64,000 nt of DNA, taken from positions 1-64,000 of the IMG/VR virus record IMGVR_UViG_3300033153_009650; one strand, given 5' to 3'. The notes beneath the pieces were generated by a model. The model ran no database searches. It saw only the letters and a list, made by a program, of their open reading frames with translations, and was not told where the DNA came from. The stretch comes from a virus. Both the position numbers and the translations under genes were made by a program. Below are positions 58,470-64,000 of this stretch, piece by piece. Each line of letters starts with the position of its first letter. The stretch's first letter is position 1.

Positions 58470-59478
58470 TGTAATAATGAACGAGGTCATTCAGCCAAGA
58501 GTGACTATCAATACTGTCTTGAATATAGATCCTTCGAGAACATTAACTCTGAGGAAGGCGTTTGAGAAGGACGCTATTCGTCGGTTTAAGTTTATCCAAA
58601 GAGTTATAAAAAGAGCCATTGTAGATCTGGATTGTTTTGGATTAAGTAAAGAGAATCCTATTCTTATTCTTGCCAAAACGGCAGAAGGTATTAGGACATG
58701 GCAAGTGTCAAGAATGCAACGACAAGCAATTATGACTGTTGATGAGGCAATGAAGTCGATGGCAGCCAGGCAATTTGCCTTTCGAACTTCCGCTGGTAAA
58801 GTAGAAGGATTTATGTCCTGGTTAAATGAGATGGAAGAAAGAAGCGTTCTTCAAGTCGTTCGTAGACCAGGGCTAAGACAAGGAACAGGCGCTTGGTCGG
58901 ATATGTATATTCAATCAGCATATCAGAAAGGGATATTGAGAGGACGTCATGAGTTGAGAAACGCCGGGTTAAAAGATATTCCTCGATATAGTTCTCAGGA
59001 AGCAGTGAGTGCGATGTTTAATAAGCCATTTCATGCTGAGAGAGTGGGTTTGTTGATGACCAGAACCTTTAATGAACTTAAAGGTATTACTCAAGCAATG
59101 GATATGGATATAAGCCGAACTTTAGCTCAAGGTATGGCGGAAGGAAGAAATCCTCGAGCTATTGCTTATGATCTTGCTGGTAAGAAAGGAATAGTAAAAA
59201 AGATTGGGATTAACCGAGCAAGAACATTAGCCAGAACAGAAATAATCAGAGCTCATCATTCTGCTAATGTCCAGGAGTATAGAGATGCACAAATAGAAGG
59301 AGTTCGGGTTAAAGCGGAGTGGAGCACAGCGGGTGTTGGTGTATGCCCTATATGCACATCAATGGAGGGTGAGATATTTACTATTGATCGAATTGAAACG
59401 ATGATTCCCGCACATCCAAATTGCAGATGCGTAGCGTTACCTGTGGTCAAGTTGCCAAAAGGTAGAGTATATAAATAA
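58435..59478 (+). CDS. Head morphogenesis protein (Mu gpF/SPP1 gp7 family)
   Basis: RARTLARTEIIRAH...VCPIC...IPAHPNCRC. Confidence 0.88.
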   Translation: MGMVARQQLVTDVIMNEVIQPRVTINTVLNIDPSRTLTLRKAFEKDAIRRFKFIQRVIKRAIVDLDCFGLSKENPILILAKTAEGIRTWQVSRMQRQAIMTVDEAMKSMAARQFAFRTSAGKVEGFMSWLNEMEERSVLQVVRRPGLRQGTGAWSDMYIQSAYQKGILRGRHELRNAGLKDIPRYSSQEAVSAMFNKPFHAERVGLLMTRTFNELKGITQAMDMDISRTLAQGMAEGRNPRAIAYDLAGKKGIVKKIGINRARTLARTEIIRAHHSANVQEYRDAQIEGVRVKAEWSTAGVGVCPICTSMEGEIFTIDRIETMIPAHPNCRCVALPVVKLPKGRVYK

Positions 59479-59488
59479 AAGGATAAAT

Positions 59489-59620
59489 ATGAATCTCCCT
59501 TGGGTGCGATGTAAAAGATGTAAAAGAAAACTCTTTCGAGGAGAAGTAGTTAAAATTGAAATCAAATGTTCCAAGTGTGGTTGTGTTCAGATAATTCGAG
59601 GAGGAAAAGAAAACACTTGA
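59489..59620 (+). CDS. Mu Com-like zinc-ribbon regulator (43 aa, not in ORF track)
   Basis: MNLPWVRCKRCKRKLFRGEVVKIEIKCSKCGCVQIIRGGKENT fits the Com pattern RCxxCxxxL...IEIKCxxC. Confidence 0.7.
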   Translation: MNLPWVRCKRCKRKLFRGEVVKIEIKCSKCGCVQIIRGGKENT

Positions 59621-59645
59621 TTTATTGAAAAAACTTTATTAATAT
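59617..59645 (+). promoter_or_regulatory. Putative promoter of the head operon
   Basis: TTGATT-17 nt-TAATAT, with the same -35 as the promoters at 41172 and 50936. Confidence 0.5.
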
Positions 59646-59693
59646 ACAGAAAATTAGAGAGTGGTTCAACCGCCTTAAGACCCAGAGGCTTAC

Positions 59694-59741
59694 AAAGCCC
59701 AGTTTCCTGAGATATTATTTCTTAGGAGTTTGGGCTTTTTT
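59694..59741 (+). terminator. Terminator/attenuator hairpin in the head-operon leader
   Basis: AAAGCCCAGTTTCCTGAGA...TCTTAGGAGTTTGGGCTTTTTT. Confidence 0.65.
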
Positions 59742-59800
59742 ATTGGGGGAATAAAATGCTTACAGAAAATACAGTTAAGAAAATTGGAAGTCAATGGTGA

Positions 59801-61507
59801 GTGGTTCATGGGCACCCGAAGAAACCCGGGAGCAAGACTGATAAACCAAAAGGAACTATCATTAAATGTTTTCCAACAAAGAAGGAGGCGGATGCAATGC
59901 ACAAAGCTATAATGGCAAATACTAAATTACAAATTCTTGAATCATTTACTATTAACATGCCCTTACGAAAAGAGATGTTTGAAGATCGGGAACATCTGGT
60001 AGCTCCTGTTATCGCTATTGTTGAGGGTGTTCATAATGGTCTGTATTATCCAGAAGAAGAGATAGGAAAGTTTGCAGAAGCCTGGAATGGAATTCCCCTT
60101 CTTGTTGGTCATCCAAAAGATGTTGATGGGCATTCTGTTTCTGCCAATACACCTGAAATTATAGAAGAGAATGCCGTTGGTAGATTTTTCAATGTCTATA
60201 TGGAAGAAGGAAAGTTAAAGGGCGAAATCTGGCTTGATGTTAAAAAGACGAAGGAAGTCAATCCAGCTGTATTAGATATTATTAATGGAGACGGACAACT
60301 TGAAGTGTCAACTGGTTTATGGACTGAAGATGAAAACACAAGTGGTGAATGGAAGGGTGAAAAGTATGAGGCGATTATGAGGGGCCATCGCCCAGATCAT
60401 TTAGCTCTCCTTCCTGGAGGAGAAGGGGCTTGTAATTGGGAAGATGGTTGTGGCGTTCGCGTAAATACTAAGGAAGGAGGTGAAGAAGTGGATGATAAAG
60501 AATTATTCGAGAAGTTAGAGGCTGAGGGCAAGAAGTCTGGTGAAGCTCCAAATAAGTTTAAATTAATGTTCATCAAACTTGCTAACAAATTGGGTTATAA
60601 AACTTCAGAGGTTTCACATAACGAAATCTATGGCCGGTTATCAGATATGATTGGTAGTAGTAATATGGAGGTAGGATCAAAAGGGCCTTATCGTTATGTG
60701 AATAGTGTTTTCGATAATTATTTTATTTACGAAGAACACATGGAAGGGGAGGCTTCTAAATTGTTCAGGCAGGATTATAGAATCAATGCGGATGACGAGA
60801 TTAAGTTCGTTGATGAGCCTGTACAAGTGAAGAAGGAAATTAAGTATGTTAAACTTTCAACAGAGAAAGGAGGAACAAAGACTATGGAGAAAAATGAAAA
60901 CTGCTGCAAGGAATTAATTGATTCTTTGATAGCAAACGATGCGGTTCAATTTGTGGAAGATGATCGCAAGTGGTTGGAAACTCTTGAGGAAGATCAACTG
61001 AAGAAATTTGAGCCGGTGGTTGATGAGGACGCTGTGGCCAAAGCCAAGAGAGATCAAGATCTTGCGATTCAGGCAGCCAAGGAAGAGGGTATTGCAGAAG
61101 GGAAGGCTTTGAAGGATAATGAACCTAATCCTAATGCAAATCCGGACTCTAAACCGGGCGGAGAATCTACTCCTGATCCACAGACTGCCGAGGAGTTCAT
61201 TGAGAATGCTCCTGAAGGCATTCGAGAAACCTTGCAGCGTTCCTATAAACGGGACCAGGAATTGAAAGCCAATTTGGTTAAAAGCTTGCTCGCCATTAAG
61301 AGAAATACCTTCACAGAGGAACAGCTCAATAGCAAGACAATGGATGAATTGGAGAGTTTGGCAAAGTTAGCCGATGTTCCGGCTGATTATTCAGGTAAGG
61401 GTGGAGCCCCTGTGGAGAATGAAGTAAAGGACAATGAGAGACATGAAGATGGCACCGGTGTTCCGGATATGCCTACCTTGCAATTGGGTAATTCGGCAAA
61501 TGTTTAA
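59801..61507 (+). CDS. Prohead protease/scaffold (DUF2213-like)
   Basis: WNGIPLLVGHP, LEVSTG, PDHLALL...GACNWEDGCG; acidic coiled-coil C-terminus; precedes capsid genes. Confidence 0.8.
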   Translation: MVHGHPKKPGSKTDKPKGTIIKCFPTKKEADAMHKAIMANTKLQILESFTINMPLRKEMFEDREHLVAPVIAIVEGVHNGLYYPEEEIGKFAEAWNGIPLLVGHPKDVDGHSVSANTPEIIEENAVGRFFNVYMEEGKLKGEIWLDVKKTKEVNPAVLDIINGDGQLEVSTGLWTEDENTSGEWKGEKYEAIMRGHRPDHLALLPGGEGACNWEDGCGVRVNTKEGGEEVDDKELFEKLEAEGKKSGEAPNKFKLMFIKLANKLGYKTSEVSHNEIYGRLSDMIGSSNMEVGSKGPYRYVNSVFDNYFIYEEHMEGEASKLFRQDYRINADDEIKFVDEPVQVKKEIKYVKLSTEKGGTKTMEKNENCCKELIDSLIANDAVQFVEDDRKWLETLEEDQLKKFEPVVDEDAVAKAKRDQDLAIQAAKEEGIAEGKALKDNEPNPNANPDSKPGGESTPDPQTAEEFIENAPEGIRETLQRSYKRDQELKANLVKSLLAIKRNTFTEEQLNSKTMDELESLAKLADVPADYSGKGGAPVENEVKDNERHEDGTGVPDMPTLQLGNSANV

Positions 61508-61525
61508 TAATGTTTGGTTGGTAAC

Positions 61526-61571
61526 TTTTTAACACAATAAAATTTAAATGAAGGAGGTAACTTAGTTATGG
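61526..61571 (+). repeat. 46-bp identical leader/RBS repeat, copy 1
   Basis: TTTTTAACACAATAAAATTTAAATGAAGGAGGTAACTTAGTTATGG, also at 62031-62076. Confidence 0.9.
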
Positions 61572-62020
61572 CAAGTAAAACGATTTTGTTAAAAGGAGAT
61601 CCTCTGCGGAAGGAATATGAATGCGGAGGGACAATTACTCCAGGCCATCTTTGCAAACTGAATACCGACGGAGATGCGGTGGTTCATTCGGATGCGGGAA
61701 AAACAGCTTCTAAATTGTTTGCGATTGAGAACGCTCTTCAAGGAGACGAAATTGGAGATGATTATTCTGATGGCGATCGCGGTCAGTTTGTTGCTGCACG
61801 GCAAGGAGACGAGATTTATGCCTGGCTGGCAGATGGAGAAACAGCGGTTATTGAAAGCTATCTGGAGTCAGCGGGAGATGGAACTCTCCAAGTATATGCA
61901 GCCAGTTCTGCTGGAGCTGTTGAATATCCAAATAGCATCGTAGGTAAAGCTCTTGAAGCTTTGGATCTTTCAGCCTCGGCAATATCTGCTGCTGCCAGGA
62001 TTAAAATCGAGGTCATGTAA
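61568..62020 (+). CDS. Capsid decoration/cement protein
   Basis: 150 aa, ITPGHL...LESAGDGTL...VGKALEA; between scaffold and MCP. Confidence 0.7.
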   Translation: MASKTILLKGDPLRKEYECGGTITPGHLCKLNTDGDAVVHSDAGKTASKLFAIENALQGDEIGDDYSDGDRGQFVAARQGDEIYAWLADGETAVIESYLESAGDGTLQVYAASSAGAVEYPNSIVGKALEALDLSASAISAAARIKIEVM

Positions 62021-62030
62021 ACAAGTTCAT

Positions 62031-62076
62031 TTTTTAACACAATAAAATTTAAATGAAGGAGGTAACTTAGTTATGG
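62031..62076 (+). repeat. 46-bp identical leader/RBS repeat, copy 2
   Basis: Identical to 61526-61571. Confidence 0.9.
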
Positions 62077-63044
62077 ATCTTATTTATAAAGGAAAGGCTG
62101 TTGGTGATGTGGCAATGAAATTGCTACAGTCAAATTTCAACATCAACGCTTTAAGAACAAATGATGTCTTGCTCTATGACGAATGGAAGGTTATTGATAA
62201 GGCGGTTTTAAAAGCGGCAACGCAAAGACTGCTTGGTATTGGCGATCTTCAGAGTCGTGGACTGACATATGACATTCCAAATGGTCTGGCAAAGACGGTT
62301 TTGGCGTGGCAGGATTCGTCTGATCTTGAAGATGCATCCATGAGTATGGATGGTATTACCAGAGGTCAAAGAGATCGGCCGGAATTTGATATCAACTATA
62401 TTCCTCTGCCAATTATCCATTATGATTTTTCTTACTCAGTTAGGGAAATTCAACAGAGCAGAGATGGTAGTATGCCTTTGGATACCACCACGTCAGAGTT
62501 GGCGGCAAGAAAGGTAATTGAGAAAGCCGAAACAATTTTATTCCAAGGCTCAAGTTCCTACAAGTTTGGCGGAGGAACCATTTATGGTTATCAGGATGCT
62601 CCCCAAAGGAATACCGGTAGCTTGACTGCTAATTGGGATGACAGTGCAGCTTCCGGAGCAACCATTCTGGCTGACGTTCTTGCCATGAAGCAGGCTTCCA
62701 TAGATGCGTATCATTTCGGACCCTGGGTACTTTATATTCCCACAAATTTTGAGTCGGCAATTGATGATGATTTCAAAGCCAATTCCGATAAGTCCATTCG
62801 GACAAGGTTACTTGAAATTGCAGGGTTGTCCGATATCAAAGTTGCAGACTTCTTGAGTTCCGATAATGTGGTTCTGGTGCAAATGACTACTGATGTTGTC
62901 AGGCTTGTTAATGGTCTGGCTATTACCACAGTACAATGGGATTCTGAAGGTGGGATGCAAGCCAATTTTAAGGTTATGATGATCATGGTTCCTCAGATCC
63001 GTAATGACCAGAATAACAGGTCCGGTATTGTACACTATACCTAA
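62073..63044 (+). CDS. Major capsid protein (HK97 fold, encapsulin/Linocin-M18-like)
   Basis: LLYDEWKVIDKAV, PLPIIHYDF, LDTT...AARKV, GPWVLYIP; position in the head module. Confidence 0.82.
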   Translation: MDLIYKGKAVGDVAMKLLQSNFNINALRTNDVLLYDEWKVIDKAVLKAATQRLLGIGDLQSRGLTYDIPNGLAKTVLAWQDSSDLEDASMSMDGITRGQRDRPEFDINYIPLPIIHYDFSYSVREIQQSRDGSMPLDTTTSELAARKVIEKAETILFQGSSSYKFGGGTIYGYQDAPQRNTGSLTANWDDSAASGATILADVLAMKQASIDAYHFGPWVLYIPTNFESAIDDDFKANSDKSIRTRLLEIAGLSDIKVADFLSSDNVVLVQMTTDVVRLVNGLAITTVQWDSEGGMQANFKVMMIMVPQIRNDQNNRSGIVHYT

Positions 63045-63083
63045 ACAACGAAAACCCTTTAACCATAAGGGAGGTTTTATCTT

Positions 63084-63704
63084 ATGGCTTTATATAGATT
63101 AAAAAGAGGATGCGGACCTCATCGTAAAAAGGTTGAGGGCGTGATGAAGAAGCTCGTTCCTGGAGACGAAGTTGAATTGACTTCTCAAGAGGTTGTTGCG
63201 TTTAAAGATAAGTTCGAGCTTGTAGGCCCGCCGCCCCCAGATCCTGAAGATCAGATTCCTTTGGTTGGATTAACTCTTCAGCATCAAGGGGGAGGGAAGT
63301 ACAATGTTTTTAATGAGGCAACAAAAGAGTTTATCAATGATGAACTTCTGACAAAGAAAGAGGCGGAATCTCTTATCTCTGATGTTGCTAAAGCAGAGGA
63401 AGGAATTGAACCGGGGAAAGATTCTGTGCTTGGCAAATTGCTTTTTAACCTTCGTAATAAAGAAGAGAAAGAAGATACTCCTAATCTTGACGAAGAGAAT
63501 ATGCCGGTAGATAAAGAAAATCAAGAACAAAAGAAAGACGAGGAGACGGTAGAAGATGGCCCGGAACCAAAAAATGATAAGGAAACAAAGAAGGATGAAT
63601 CCACCAAAGTGGAAAGTCCCAAAGATTTGGCCGGGAAGAACCGTGTTCCTCGTAGGCGGAGGTCCGTCTCTAAAAAAGGTAAATCTAAGTCTAATAAAAA
63701 ATGA
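63084..63704 (+). CDS. Hypothetical head-associated protein
   Basis: PGDEVEL...FKDKFE; HQGGGKYNV; acidic/basic tail. Confidence 0.55.
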   Translation: MALYRLKRGCGPHRKKVEGVMKKLVPGDEVELTSQEVVAFKDKFELVGPPPPDPEDQIPLVGLTLQHQGGGKYNVFNEATKEFINDELLTKKEAESLISDVAKAEEGIEPGKDSVLGKLLFNLRNKEEKEDTPNLDEENMPVDKENQEQKKDEETVEDGPEPKNDKETKKDESTKVESPKDLAGKNRVPRRRRSVSKKGKSKSNKK

Positions 63705-64000
63705 AAGAGTGATAGGTATTAATAACGCCTATCAATTAGGATCTTGGGTAGATGTGTGTTGGTTTACCGATTCAAGATGGTTCGATTGGCATAAAGAGAA
63801 ACTTCTTAATTTTGCTGGTTTGAAAGTCCACTGTGTCAATCGTCTAAAATATGTTGGTTGGCTTAAACGTTTGCTTAGAGGGAAACCAATGGGAATAGAA
63901 AAGAATCCCGGAGTAGTTTCCTGGAATAAATGTAGTGGATCAAGTGCAATAAATCTTGCATATCATTTTGGGGCTAAGAGAGTTGTATTGATCGGGTATG
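63556..64000 (+). CDS. DUF115/MptE-like (Maf/GT-type) transferase-fold protein, 3'-truncated by the window edge
   Basis: Hand translation from ATG 63556: WPGRTVFLVGGGPSL...VIGINNAY...SGSSAINLAYHFGAKRVVLIGY. Confidence 0.65.
   Translation, partial: MARNQKMIRKQRRMNPPKWKVPKIWPGRTVFLVGGGPSLKKVNLSLIKNERVIGINNAYQLGSWVDVCWFTDSRWFDWHKEKLLNFAGLKVHCVNRLKYVGWLKRLLRGKPMGIEKNPGVVSWNKCSGSSAINLAYHFGAKRVVLIGY

Noticed and set aside
62073-63044. Cellular encapsulin nanocompartment
   Set aside because: Sits in a complete head module with terminase, portal and protease, so it is the major capsid protein.
1-64000. tRNA genes, integrase, reverse transcriptase/DGR, inteins or introns
   Set aside because: No cloverleaf, recombinase, RT or splicing motifs recognised by eye; dnaE, helicase and terL appear uninterrupted. 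tRNAscan and HMM searches were not run.

Overview
The window is a 64-kb slice of an AT-rich tailed dsDNA phage (Caudoviricetes, probably siphovirus-like), with no host chromosomal genes. It has three blocks. (1) 1-5.9 kb, + strand: the end of the tail module (J-like tail tip protein with four repeated inserted domains), a stand-alone response-regulator receiver and a lysis cassette, closed by a bidirectional terminator. (2) 5.9-50.9 kb, - strand: early and middle genes. These include many small ORFs, a split SbcC with SbcD, RecA, resolvases and SSB. They also include a Pol III-type replisome (DnaE fused to a family-4 UDG, two clamp-like genes, clamp loader, DnaB, primase, initiator), a helicase-methyltransferase fusion, an extended 7-deazaguanine DNA-modification cluster and an AcrIII-1-like ring nuclease. 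(3) 51.2-64 kb, + strand: HNH, terminases, portal, sigma factor, Com-like regulator and head genes. The most notable signals are: a promoter-driven 4 x 36-bp dual-repeat array at 21030-21165 with TIGR (tandem interspaced guide RNA) architecture and no Tas gene in view; the deazaguanine cluster with unexplained tailoring enzymes; a candidate ~600-nt structured ncRNA at the start of the early transcript; and the DnaE-UDG fusion. All calls come from motif recognition by eye. No database searches were run.
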